In this document: one piece after another, positions 40,423 to 49,982 of the stretch
Layout: each line of letters starts with the position of its first letter
Numbering within the stretch: position 1 is the first letter of the stretch
Origin: Deltaproteobacteria bacterium
Lineage (GTDB): Bacteria; Myxococcota; Kuafuiibacteriia; Kuafuiibacteriales; Kuafuiibacteriaceae
DNA: 64,000 nucleotides
Assembly (NCBI GenBank): GCA_040218735.1
Contig: JAVJQW010000055.1
Span: forward strand, 32,001-96,000
Direction of reading: 5' to 3'
Translations under genes and position numbers: made by a program
Notes under the pieces: model-generated
Databases searched by the model: none
The model's input: the letters and a program-made list of their open reading frames with translations, nothing else
What the model was told of the DNA's origin: nothing

Positions 40423-43400
40423 CCACCAGCGACGACATCCGGACGCAGCCGCCGCCCATCCCGGACACCACCGGCTCCATCTGGACCGCCGCGCTCGAGA
40501 TGCAGCAGGCGTGGGGCCTCCCGGTCGACACCGAGAGCGAAGAGCTGAACCAGGCGGCGCTCGAGCTGCAAGCTGACTTGCAGGCGCTCGTCGAAGACAT
40601 CCGACAAGGGCCGCTCGGCCGGTGGCGCTCCGCCGCGAGTGACTTCCTGCTGGAGCTGCGGCGTGAGTTCCTGCGGCACCACCGCCGCCTGGTGGTGAAG
40701 GCGCGCAACGAGTTCGAGGACTGCACCGCCGCCGAGGCCGCGGAATGGCTGCGCTCGGAGCTCGCGGAGCTCGCGGACCGCTTCCACACGATCGCGCTGA
40801 GTCGTTCGTCGCGCCTCACCCACGGCGGGTGGTCGCCGCTCGAAGTCGTCGACGCCGTCGACGCGAGCGTCCGCGTGATGCGCTCGCAGATCGTCGCGCC
40901 GTACGAGGCGCAGTCCTACGAAGACCCGGCGCACCAATCGCTCTACCGCTGGTTCGCGCGGCGTGCGCTGCGGTTCGACCGCTGGTCGCGCCGAATGGTG
41001 GGCGAGGAGCCGCGCACCCGTGTCGTCCCGTTCCGGTCGCTGGTGAGCTACCACCTCGCGAAGGCCTCTGCGGCGCGCGTCGAGGGGCTCGCCGCCGTGT
41101 TCCTCCAGTCGGAGGCGCAGCTCGCGGTCCGCGCGCGATTGATCCTCGACGGCATCGTCCGCGGGTGGGACGTGCTCGTCGAGCAGGTCGACGCGAAGGA
41201 CTTCGAGGACATCCTCGGTCGCTTGCGCACGCAGGTGGAGGAGGAGTTCTCGCTCGCCGACGAGGCGCTCCAGGAGATCGTCGACGAAGGGAGCCGCCGG
41301 GCGACCCGGCTCTTCTCCGACAGCCTCCGGGACATCAAGGCGGACCTCGCGGTCATCGACACCCTCGACCTCCCGGTGCAGCGCCGCACCGAGCGTCGGC
41401 TGATCGAGAATCGCGATCTGGAGATCCAACAGATCGCGACGCGGCTGGAGCGGTCGAAGGACACGGCGGCCGGGCAGTACGTGATGCTCGCGCTGCACCT
41501 CGAGTTCGTCGCGTTCAAGGCGAAGGCGAAGCGGCGCCTCGACGAGCTGCTCCTCGCGCTATCTCACGACATCCGCGGGCGCTCCCACGTGCACGTCGAG
41601 CGTGTGCTGCAGGTGCTCGACGAAGCGCTCGAAGTGCTCGGCGCCCCGCCGAAGGAGGACGAGGACGGCGACCTGGAGGACTGCCTCGAGCCGGTCGAGC
41701 ACGTCCTCGCGGAGGCGCAGCGCTCGGCGATGCAGCTGATGGATCAGTTCGGCGCCGACCAGTCGGTGGCGCCGCTGTTGGAGGCGCTCAACAAGGAGGC
41801 GACGTCGCTGACCGATCGCTACCGGGTGCCTTCGTCGCGGTTGCCGCACGCGGAGTACAAGCTCCCGCCGCCCGCCGTGATGGTCGAGGTCGCGTTCTCG
41901 GATCTGGTCGCGGCGTACATCCAGACGGACGTCGCGCCGAAGGTGCTCGGGGTCGCGGCGCAGTGCGGTGAGAAGCTGCGCCCGCTGCTGATGGCGCTCG
42001 AAGAGATCGAGCGCGTCGTGAACTTCTCGACGGAGCAGTTCGACGAGGAGATCGCGTACAAGGACACGCAGACCCTCGACATCGGGCGCGGTCAGATGCG
42101 CGAGGTCGTCGTCGGTTCGCTGAAGCGGAGCCGCGACGCGCTCGTGGAGCTGTCGAAGCAGACCGAGCTGTGGCCGAACGAGATCGCCGCGGCAGTGCGT
42201 CAGGCGGTGATCGACGAGCTCGCGGTGCTGCGCGACCAGCTCGGCGAGGCGGAGATCGCGGCCGCGCGGTCCGAGCGCGGCGCGGCGGCGCGCGCGTTGG
42301 ACCTTCAGGTCACGCGGTTCACCAAGCTGATCGAGAAGGCGTCGGAGGAGGGCGGTCGGACGCTCCGCCGCGTGGTCGGCGAGGACCGGCTGGAGGGCAT
42401 CTACACGCGGCTGGGGCTGGAGCCACCCGAGGAGGGCGGCCCGGATCTCGCGCTGCTCGAGCGCCCCGACAAAAACGAAGGCGTCCCGATTTATTACCGC
42501 CGTCTGTTCTCGCCGCAGGCGCACTGGGCGGGGGACGTCGTCGCCGCCCACGGCACGGCGATCGAACGGGTGCGCGGCGCGCTGGCGGGCGGGAGCGGCT
42601 CGCTGCGGACCGCGGCGCTCGTGGGCATCGAAGGCGTGGGGCGCGGCGCATTCCTCGGCGCGGCGGCGCGAAGCGATCGGTGGAGCGCGGTGAAGCGTGT
42701 GGCGTTCTCACGTCCTACGGAGGTGGCCGAGGTCGAGGCGGCGTTCGATGAGACGCCGCGCGGTGGGTTGATCGTGGTGAGCGGCCTGTCGTGGTGTGCG
42801 TCGCCGAAGGCCGGCGGGTTCGAGCCGCTGCGTCGATTCGTCGACCTCGTGGTCGCGGACCGCGGGCGCTCGGCGTGGCTGTTGGAGATCGACTCGATGG
42901 TGTGGCGGTACGCGTGTCAGTGCGCGCCGCTCGGCGATGTCTTCTCGGAGGTGGTGCACATCGAGCCACTCGGCGAGCCCGAGCTGCGCGAAGGCATCCT
43001 CGCGCGCCACCACCTCAGCGGCCTCGACCTGGTGTTCCGCCCCGACGACAGCGACGCGGACCGCGACCGGTTCTTCCATTCGCTGCACCTTTCGTCGGGC
43101 GGCATCCTGCAAGTTGCGTTGACATCGTGGATTGCGGCGGTGGGTCGCTTCGACGAGAACAATCGCGTCGTGACGATTGCGGAGCCGCCGCCGTCGCCGA
43201 TGGACGCGCTGCGGGCGCTCCCGAACGAGATCACCCACATCGTGTACCTCGTGGCCCGCCAGGGGTGGATCGACGCGGACGGCTTGGCGGCGCTGTTCCG
43301 CATCCCGCGGACGGCGGCGGAGGGGCGGCTGTCACGGCTCGTCGCGCTCGGTCTGCTGGAGCGCCCCGCCGGGCGCACGTTCGTGATTCGTCGGCACCTG

Positions 43401-43448
43401 CGCGGGACGGTGGAGCGCATGCTCGCGGAAGGCGGGTGGACGCAGTGA
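40419..43448 (+). CDS. Large (1009 aa) helical protein with degenerate P-loop domain and C-terminal wHTH
   Basis: Coiled/helical N-region, ALVGIEGVGRG Walker-A-like segment, SGGILQVALTSW, RLSRLVALGLL; 4-bp overlaps on both sides. Confidence 0.7.
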   Translation: MTTSDDIRTQPPPIPDTTGSIWTAALEMQQAWGLPVDTESEELNQAALELQADLQALVEDIRQGPLGRWRSAASDFLLELRREFLRHHRRLVVKARNEFEDCTAAEAAEWLRSELAELADRFHTIALSRSSRLTHGGWSPLEVVDAVDASVRVMRSQIVAPYEAQSYEDPAHQSLYRWFARRALRFDRWSRRMVGEEPRTRVVPFRSLVSYHLAKASAARVEGLAAVFLQSEAQLAVRARLILDGIVRGWDVLVEQVDAKDFEDILGRLRTQVEEEFSLADEALQEIVDEGSRRATRLFSDSLRDIKADLAVIDTLDLPVQRRTERRLIENRDLEIQQIATRLERSKDTAAGQYVMLALHLEFVAFKAKAKRRLDELLLALSHDIRGRSHVHVERVLQVLDEALEVLGAPPKEDEDGDLEDCLEPVEHVLAEAQRSAMQLMDQFGADQSVAPLLEALNKEATSLTDRYRVPSSRLPHAEYKLPPPAVMVEVAFSDLVAAYIQTDVAPKVLGVAAQCGEKLRPLLMALEEIERVVNFSTEQFDEEIAYKDTQTLDIGRGQMREVVVGSLKRSRDALVELSKQTELWPNEIAAAVRQAVIDELAVLRDQLGEAEIAAARSERGAAARALDLQVTRFTKLIEKASEEGGRTLRRVVGEDRLEGIYTRLGLEPPEEGGPDLALLERPDKNEGVPIYYRRLFSPQAHWAGDVVAAHGTAIERVRGALAGGSGSLRTAALVGIEGVGRGAFLGAAARSDRWSAVKRVAFSRPTEVAEVEAAFDETPRGGLIVVSGLSWCASPKAGGFEPLRRFVDLVVADRGRSAWLLEIDSMVWRYACQCAPLGDVFSEVVHIEPLGEPELREGILARHHLSGLDLVFRPDDSDADRDRFFHSLHLSSGGILQVALTSWIAAVGRFDENNRVVTIAEPPPSPMDALRALPNEITHIVYLVARQGWIDADGLAALFRIPRTAAEGRLSRLVALGLLERPAGRTFVIRRHLRGTVERMLAEGGWTQ

Positions 43449-44224
43449 ACGGCACGGGGAGCAGCACGACGGCGATCGTCGATCGCCTCCAGCACCTCGA
43501 ACCCGTCGAGGTCGTACGCGAGCTCGGCAACCCGTGGTCGCTCGCGTTCCTGATCCTGCTGTTCTTCGTGCTCGTGCGCCTGTCACGCCGGCTCGGGCGG
43601 CGCCTCGCCGAGCGCGGGTTGTTACCGTGGCTCAACCGCGCGTCCCGGGTGGTGCTGCGCATCGGCATCGCGGTGTTCGGGCTGTGGCTGCTCGTGGTGC
43701 TGGTGCCCGCGTGGATGGGGCCGGCGCTGCCGTGGCTGCTGCTGGGCCTCCTCGTGATCGTGGTGTGGTCCGCGCGCGACGTGCTCCCGGACCTCATGGC
43801 GGGGCTCGTGCTGCGGCTCGAGCGGCGGATGCGCCTCGGGCGTCGCGTGCAGCTCGCTCAGGTCGCGGGTGTGGTGCAGGCGGTGGGGTTCCGGGTCACG
43901 ACGGTCCTCGACGTGGGCGGTCGCCTCGTCGACGTCCCGAACCGTGCGCTCCTCAACCAGACGGTGGCGAGTGATCCGGGGCCGTGGCCGGTCCACGAAG
44001 CGACGGTGTCGCTGCGTCGCGACGTCGACGTGGAGCGCGCGCGCCGCGCGCTGAAGGACGCCGCGTTGGCGTCGGCGTGGACGCCGCTGGAGCCCGACCC
44101 GGTGGTGCGCCGAGACGGGGTGACGCCGACGAAGTGGATCGTGCGCGTCCGCCTGCGCGATCTCCGTGACTCGGCGCGCTTCGACGGGGAGCTCGCGGAG
44201 CGCGTCGACGAGCTGCTGCGTTAG
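43445..44224 (+). CDS. MscS-family mechanosensitive channel protein
   Basis: Three TMs, DLMAGL, GRRVQL...GVVQAVGFRVT...VDVPN; GTG 43445. Confidence 0.82.
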   Translation: MNGTGSSTTAIVDRLQHLEPVEVVRELGNPWSLAFLILLFFVLVRLSRRLGRRLAERGLLPWLNRASRVVLRIGIAVFGLWLLVVLVPAWMGPALPWLLLGLLVIVVWSARDVLPDLMAGLVLRLERRMRLGRRVQLAQVAGVVQAVGFRVTTVLDVGGRLVDVPNRALLNQTVASDPGPWPVHEATVSLRRDVDVERARRALKDAALASAWTPLEPDPVVRRDGVTPTKWIVRVRLRDLRDSARFDGELAERVDELLR

Positions 44225-44428
44225 CGGCAATGCCGTTCACTTGGCGGACGGGCCTGCCTCGCGGCCCCAATCAGGCGCCGAGGGGCGCCTCGACGTCGGG
44301 CAGCGCGCCGGCGCCGCGGAGCGACTCGTCCCTCGGCCGCCGTTTCGCCGGGCTGGTGAAGGCGGGGGTCCGCGGAGCGCAGTACTCCCAAGGAGGCCCG
44401 CGCTCTCGAACACCGGCTGGTATCGCTC

Positions 44429-45391
44429 TCACGAGCTGCCCTCCGCACGTGTCGGCGGCGTCGGATGCGCTTCACGCCGAGGACGCTCGGGACCCGAGCC
44501 TGGCCTGGGCTGGGTGGAGCGGCGCTCGTGAATCCTCCGCTCGATGAGGGCGCGACCCAACACCTCCCGCGCCGCGTGAAGGTTGTGCGCGCGACACAGC
44601 AATCGCAGCTCGCCGACCACGCTCTTGGCGCCCAGCGCGCGCCCGCCCACATGATCGAATTCGAGGTTCGACCGTTCGCTGCATCGCCGACCGTCCGAGC
44701 TCACGTACGTGCACTGCGCGCCGTCGCGTTCGACCACCGCACGTCGCGTTGCGGCCGGGACGTACGCTGCGCCCGCTGGCGCATCCTCGGCGGGTCTCGA
44801 TCGCGGACGACTCGTCATTCCGTTCCGCCTCTTCTCCAGCCTTTCGACGTACAGCGCGAGCGCCGCTTCGAAGATCTCCCCGATGTCCGTCCCAGGCGGG
44901 GTGAGCTCCTTGGCTCGATCCAAGAGCGCCTTCGCTTCTGCGCTGCCGTCGAAGTGAAAAGCGAACGTCTCGGCGGTCGTCGCCTCAACGCGATCGTCAC
45001 TGCTCTTCGCACCTGGGAACTCGGTAGCGATCAGCATCTCGACCTCGGCCTTGGACTTGTTCTTCGCCTGCTCGACGAGAGTGTGGGCGTTGTCGTCGTT
45101 CATGAACTTCGAGAGCTTCGCGACGCCGGTCATGTGCAGCTCTCCGGTCGCGAGCATCCCGAAGACCTCGGGCACCCGCCGCGCCGCGCGCACCACGGCG
45201 ACGCGCCGGCACGCCTGGTCCTCGGTCAGCCCGAGCCCCTCGACGCAGAACCGGAACAGCGAGCTGAAGCCCCGCTCGACGTAGACCTTGCGCCGCTCGA
45301 CCTCCGCCATGAACCGGAGCGCCTCGACACCGCTCTTTAGCTCCGCTCGAAGCGCTTCGCGAAGTCCGCTCAGGAGATCGCTCTGGGTCAT
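44429..45391 (-). CDS. DUF222-like / HNH endonuclease domain protein (myxobacterial type)
   Basis: AEVERRKVY...GFSSLFRFC; RRAVVERDGAQCTYV..DGRRC...LEFDH...LRLLCRAHN. Confidence 0.85.
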   Translation of the reverse strand: MTQSDLLSGLREALRAELKSGVEALRFMAEVERRKVYVERGFSSLFRFCVEGLGLTEDQACRRVAVVRAARRVPEVFGMLATGELHMTGVAKLSKFMNDDNAHTLVEQAKNKSKAEVEMLIATEFPGAKSSDDRVEATTAETFAFHFDGSAEAKALLDRAKELTPPGTDIGEIFEAALALYVERLEKRRNGMTSRPRSRPAEDAPAGAAYVPAATRRAVVERDGAQCTYVSSDGRRCSERSNLEFDHVGGRALGAKSVVGELRLLCRAHNLHAAREVLGRALIERRIHERRSTQPRPGSGPERPRREAHPTPPTRAEGSS

Positions 45392-46025
45392 GCAAGACAG
45401 GTTGCAAGGGTCCGGGCTCACGCATCGAAGGTATCATCGAGCTCTCGAAACGCGATTTGGCGCAGCTGGAGGATGACGGTCCGACACGTGCGAGGACGCG
45501 CAATACGGACCGTCAGCGTCCGAAGACGAGTCCAAGTCCAAGAACTTCGAAATGCGCTGCGTTCGTCGAGCAGATGGCCCGGACAGGGCCCTTGATTCCG
45601 TCAACCCCCAAGAGAGAAAAAGAAACCGCTTCTGCAACTCAACTTGCGCGACCGGCCATCCCCCTTGACCAGCCGGCGAATCTCACCGGTTCATCGCAGC
45701 CCTCGACCGCCGCCGGCGCAATCCTCCGACGCTCAATCCGGTGGTCTCGTGAACGCGTCGAAGTCGGCGTGGATTACTCGCGGGCAAAGCCGCGAAGATC
45801 CATCTGGAGGATGACCGCGCAGCGAGCGCGACGTGGGGAGCATGGCGAGTGCCGCCGACCATCGAGCGGAGCCTCCCGCCGTCCTCGTGCCTACGTGGAG
45901 CGCGGAGCGCGCGGGCCGGCGCGGCACTTCGGTTTCGGGCGATGGGTCCAAGGCGCGTCGGGCGCTTCCTTCCCCGCCTACGGCCTTTCCATGTGGTCAG
46001 GTCCGCTAAATGAATGGCCTTGGCG

Positions 46026-47555
46026 CTAGCGGCACACGTACGCGCGATACGCCACGCGGATCTCCGCCTCGTACTCCGGGGTACCAAACGGCGAGAAGCG
46101 CACGGCGTTCGTCGGGACGTCGAAGACCCAGTTCACCGTGCCCGCCGCGCTGATGCCGGGGACGCTCACGCCGTTCACGAACACCGCGACGGTCGACGGG
46201 ACCGCGAACCCGCTCAGCGCGAACCGCCTTTCGGGCTCGGCGGCGAACGGGCTCGGGCCGCCCGTGGTGATTGGCGCTTCCCACCACGCTGCGTTGCAGA
46301 AGTTGGTGAACCACTGCGTCGTCTCGCGCGCGGCCGTCTCCAGACGCGGGGCCGGGGTCGCGAGCAGCGGCCCTTCCCGGCAGCCGTCCGGCGAGGGACC
46401 CGCGGCGACGATCAGGGCGATCGTGTTCTGCACCGCCGGGTCCGTGAGCGCCTCGAGCTCGGCGACGTACTCCGCGACCGCGCGCGGGGAGGCGTCGTCC
46501 GAGTCCGCGAGGATCGCAACGAACTGCGCCGCGCCGGGGCGAGGGAAGTCGGGGTGGTCCGTCATCGCGCGCACCGCCGTCGCGAGGGGCTCCACGCGTG
46601 CCCCGTTCGTCCCGAGCTGGAGCGCGGCGGTCAGGGTCGCGAGCGCATCGGGATCGTCGCCCCGCACGATCCCCGGCGCCGCGAAGGCGCCGCCGAGCCC
46701 GTCCGGGTCCGCGTCGGTGACCGCGTACCTCGCGTCGCTACCGCTCACTTCGACGTAGCCGAGCAGGTTCTGGAGAGGTCCGGCGGCCATCGCCTGCGCA
46801 GCGCCCATCGAGGACGCGGTGCTGACGACGAAGAGGAAGTCGAGGCTCAGCGGGGGCACCTGCGTGAACGCGTCGGTGCGGTGCGTGCCGGGGCGCCCCG
46901 AGCCCGCGAGCGTCGCCGCGACTTCGAGCTCCACACCCGCGGCGCGGACCACGACGGACGCTTCGACCGTCGACGTGTCGACCGGACCGAACCCGACATC
47001 CACCATCGTGCTCGCGCCGGGCGCGATGACCAACGACGTCGGCGCGACGGTGAAGGGCGCCTCGACTTCGACGCCGTCGAGGACGATCTGTACGGACTCT
47101 TCGTTCACCAGCTCGACGCGCTCTGTCGCCGGTGCGCAGCCGATGTCCACCGCGCCGAAGTCGACGGACGAAGGCACGAACGAGATCCGCGGCGGACGTG
47201 CGCTCCCCGACAATGTCATCGAGGCGTCGCCGATCGACAGCGTCGCCTCGTGAGCGCCGATCGTGTCCGGTGTGTACCGCACGACGAGCTCGTCGCCGAC
47301 GCCATCGAACGTGAAGTATCCCGTGAAGTCGACGGGCGTGCGGGCGTCGAGGCACGCCGCGGGCCCCGCCAGCAGCCGCACCTCGAGCCGTTCGATCACT
47401 TCGACGCCCACCAGCGTCTCCCCGAGCTCGAGCTGCGTGGGCAGCTCGACGCGGCAGGGCGTGGGCGGGTCGGGCTCGTCCAGCGTCAGCGCCGACTCCG
47501 CGCACGCCGCCATCCACAGAGCCAGAACGCAGGGCACGAACCGGAACACGCGCAT
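46026..47555 (-). CDS. Lipoprotein with Ig-like (ASH / choice-of-anchor D) domains and vWA-like C-terminal domain
   Basis: Lipobox WMAAC; PSSVDFGAV, DAFTQ, LDFLFVVSTASSM, ILADSDDAS. Confidence 0.72.
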   Translation of the reverse strand: MRVFRFVPCVLALWMAACAESALTLDEPDPPTPCRVELPTQLELGETLVGVEVIERLEVRLLAGPAACLDARTPVDFTGYFTFDGVGDELVVRYTPDTIGAHEATLSIGDASMTLSGSARPPRISFVPSSVDFGAVDIGCAPATERVELVNEESVQIVLDGVEVEAPFTVAPTSLVIAPGASTMVDVGFGPVDTSTVEASVVVRAAGVELEVAATLAGSGRPGTHRTDAFTQVPPLSLDFLFVVSTASSMGAAQAMAAGPLQNLLGYVEVSGSDARYAVTDADPDGLGGAFAAPGIVRGDDPDALATLTAALQLGTNGARVEPLATAVRAMTDHPDFPRPGAAQFVAILADSDDASPRAVAEYVAELEALTDPAVQNTIALIVAAGPSPDGCREGPLLATPAPRLETAARETTQWFTNFCNAAWWEAPITTGGPSPFAAEPERRFALSGFAVPSTVAVFVNGVSVPGISAAGTVNWVFDVPTNAVRFSPFGTPEYEAEIRVAYRAYVCR

Positions 47556-47637
47556 GAGTGGCCGGTGCGCGTGAAATCCGTCACGTGAAAGCACCCCGTA
47601 ACTGCCACGCGCCGCTGCGCTGCGCACCATCGAAGCC

Positions 47638-48771
47638 GTGAAGCACCGAGCCCTCGTCATGCTCCCGTTCCTCGTAGCTGCGTGTGGCGGTATCGAAGAC
47701 CTGTCCTCCACCGAGGCCGCGGCCACGGCGGGCGGCGTGATTCCGAACCCCAACCTGCGCTTCCCCGCGCCGCCGAATACGACGCTCTACCGCAAGGACT
47801 GGAGCTCGCCGATCCGGTGGTCGATCGAGAACATCTGCTACCCGAACAAGTACGCCAACGTGGATCCGATCGTCGCCTTCGGTCGCCCGGGCTTCGGACA
47901 CGAACACGAGTTCCTCGCAAACGAGATCGTCGAGCACGACACCACCATCGACGATCTCATTCGCAGCCAGTCGGTCTCCTGCACGTACATCGCCGACCAG
48001 TCCGCGTACTGGTTCCCGTCGGTGATCGTGAACGGCCGACGCGTCGACGCCGACCACGCGAAGATCTACTACAAGGCCGCCGTCACGCCGGAGCGCATCC
48101 AGAACATCCCGACCGGCCTCCGGATGATCGCGGGCGACGCGACGCTGCAGAGCACGCCGCCCGCCAACGTCGGGTTCTGGTACGAACACGGCAACTACGA
48201 CGACAACAACACACGCGGCCGGAACACGATGATCACCGCGAGCTCCGGTCGCCTCGGTTTGCAGATCTACTTCCCGGACTGCTGGAACGGCCGTGATCTC
48301 GACAGCCCCGATCACAAGTCGCACATGGCGTACTCGGTCGGGCGCTTCGGCTCGCGCACGTGCCCGGGTTCGCACCCCGTCGCGCTCCCCCAGCTCTCCG
48401 CGAACGTCATCTACTTCACCCGCGCCGGCAGCACGATGCAGCTGTCGTCGGGCAAGTGGACGTCGCTGCACGGCGACTACATCAACGCCTGGAACCCCGA
48501 CACGCTGCAGGGCGCGATCGACGCGTGCCTCAAGACCCGACAGAACTGCCGCACGCACCAGACCGGCGACCTCGCGCAACGGCACGCCGTCGTCGTGCGT
48601 GGGTCCGCGCGTCTGCCGTACATGCCGCAAGGCGGGAGCACCGAGCCGCCCCCCGGGCCCACGCCGACCGTCGACCCCAACGGCTGGTACACGCCCGCGA
48701 GCGGCGGCAACCCGTGCAACGTTCATTGGAATCGCATCCCGAATCGCTGTCAGCCGGTCCCCGCGCACTGA
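47638..48771 (+). CDS. DUF1996 domain lipoprotein
   Basis: DPIV...H.HEF, DQSAYWFP, GLRMIAGD, FPDCWNG..LDSPDHKSHMAY, CPGSHPV, LHGDYINAW; lipobox LVAAC. Confidence 0.88.
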   Translation: MKHRALVMLPFLVAACGGIEDLSSTEAAATAGGVIPNPNLRFPAPPNTTLYRKDWSSPIRWSIENICYPNKYANVDPIVAFGRPGFGHEHEFLANEIVEHDTTIDDLIRSQSVSCTYIADQSAYWFPSVIVNGRRVDADHAKIYYKAAVTPERIQNIPTGLRMIAGDATLQSTPPANVGFWYEHGNYDDNNTRGRNTMITASSGRLGLQIYFPDCWNGRDLDSPDHKSHMAYSVGRFGSRTCPGSHPVALPQLSANVIYFTRAGSTMQLSSGKWTSLHGDYINAWNPDTLQGAIDACLKTRQNCRTHQTGDLAQRHAVVVRGSARLPYMPQGGSTEPPPGPTPTVDPNGWYTPASGGNPCNVHWNRIPNRCQPVPAH

Positions 48772-48809
48772 CGTTGCGCGCGACGTCGCTCCGCTTGGAC
48801 AATGATCGC

Positions 48810-49982
48810 GTGCTGCGCTTGCTGCACATCGCGTTCTTCTCCATCGCGCTCTGGTCGCCGGCGACGGCGCGCGCGCACATCTTCCCGGAGGTCTACGGCG
48901 TCGCCGCGTACGACGCCGAAGGTGTGCCGGTCGCGATCGAAGCGAGCCACGGTCTGATGCTCCGCGAGGGCGAAGCCTGGCGCTACGTTTGCCCGGTCGC
49001 GCACGGCGGCCCGGACACCCCCCGTACCGTCGCGCCGCGCGCCGATCGCATGTGGGTCAGCACCGTGGCCGGGCTCCGTCTCTACGACGCTGCGCTTAAA
49101 CCGCTGACGCCCGCGTTCCCCGACGTGCTCTACGCCGACGTCCCGGTCCTCGCGACCGGATCGGCGGGGACGTTCGTCGTTGCCCAACGCGAAGAGGACA
49201 CCGCGCTCTACGCATTGTCGCCGTCGGGGGTCACGTACCTCGCGCGCTTCGAGGGCCCCTGGCGCACGATCGCCGTCGCCGACGCGATCTGGATCGCGCG
49301 CACCACGTCCACCGGCATCGACCTTGTCGAGCTCGAGCGCGACGGGCGCGTCACGACGACCGCGACCGTCGCGTTCGAAGCGCGCGACGTCGCGCTGCAC
49401 ACCGCCGCCGGCCGGGTCTTCGCGGCGGCGAGCGACGGCTTGGTGTCACGGGTCTGGGAGGTGTCCTCCGGCGGCCTCGAGCTGCTCGTCCAGTACGAAG
49501 GATCGATCGTCGGCGACGTCACCGTGGTCGACGGTGCGGTGTACGTCGCGCTCGATCGATTCCTTCACCGCCTCGAAGGTGGGCGCGCGATCCCCACGGA
49601 TCCGATCGAACCCGTCTCGTGCCTCGCGAACGGTCCGACGGGGCCCTACCTGTGCTCCAACCTCGCGCTCTACGCCGTCACGCCCGAAGGTGTGATCGGC
49701 GCGCCGGTGTTCCTGCTCGATCAGGTCGAGCCGCCCGACACGTCGGCGCTGTCCCTCGCCGACGCCGCGACGTGTGAAGCGCAGTGGGCGGACTTCGAGC
49801 GCGAGTCCGGGCTCGATCCCCTCACGCGGCCCGTCGACCCGCCTCCGGATCCCGGCGGGTGCCGCTGTGTCGGGACGCGACGCGGAGGGCTCTGGCTCTT
49901 CGCGTTCGTCCTGCTATCATCGTTCGCGGTCCCGCGATGCAGATCAGCCCGTACCACGGCAACTTCGCCGCGTTCGCTCTGA
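48810..49982 (+). CDS. Exported beta-rich protein with MYXO-CTERM-like tail
   Basis: Signal peptide ARA-H; WRYVCP; C-terminal PPPDPGGCRC...LWLFAFVLL. Confidence 0.68.
   Translation: MLRLLHIAFFSIALWSPATARAHIFPEVYGVAAYDAEGVPVAIEASHGLMLREGEAWRYVCPVAHGGPDTPRTVAPRADRMWVSTVAGLRLYDAALKPLTPAFPDVLYADVPVLATGSAGTFVVAQREEDTALYALSPSGVTYLARFEGPWRTIAVADAIWIARTTSTGIDLVELERDGRVTTTATVAFEARDVALHTAAGRVFAAASDGLVSRVWEVSSGGLELLVQYEGSIVGDVTVVDGAVYVALDRFLHRLEGGRAIPTDPIEPVSCLANGPTGPYLCSNLALYAVTPEGVIGAPVFLLDQVEPPDTSALSLADAATCEAQWADFERESGLDPLTRPVDPPPDPGGCRCVGTRRGGLWLFAFVLLSSFAVPRCRSARTTATSPRSL

Noticed and set aside
45457-46029. 190-aa plus-strand ORF in the gap after the HNH gene
   Set aside because: Atypical codon usage, TTG start, no motifs; treated as non-coding
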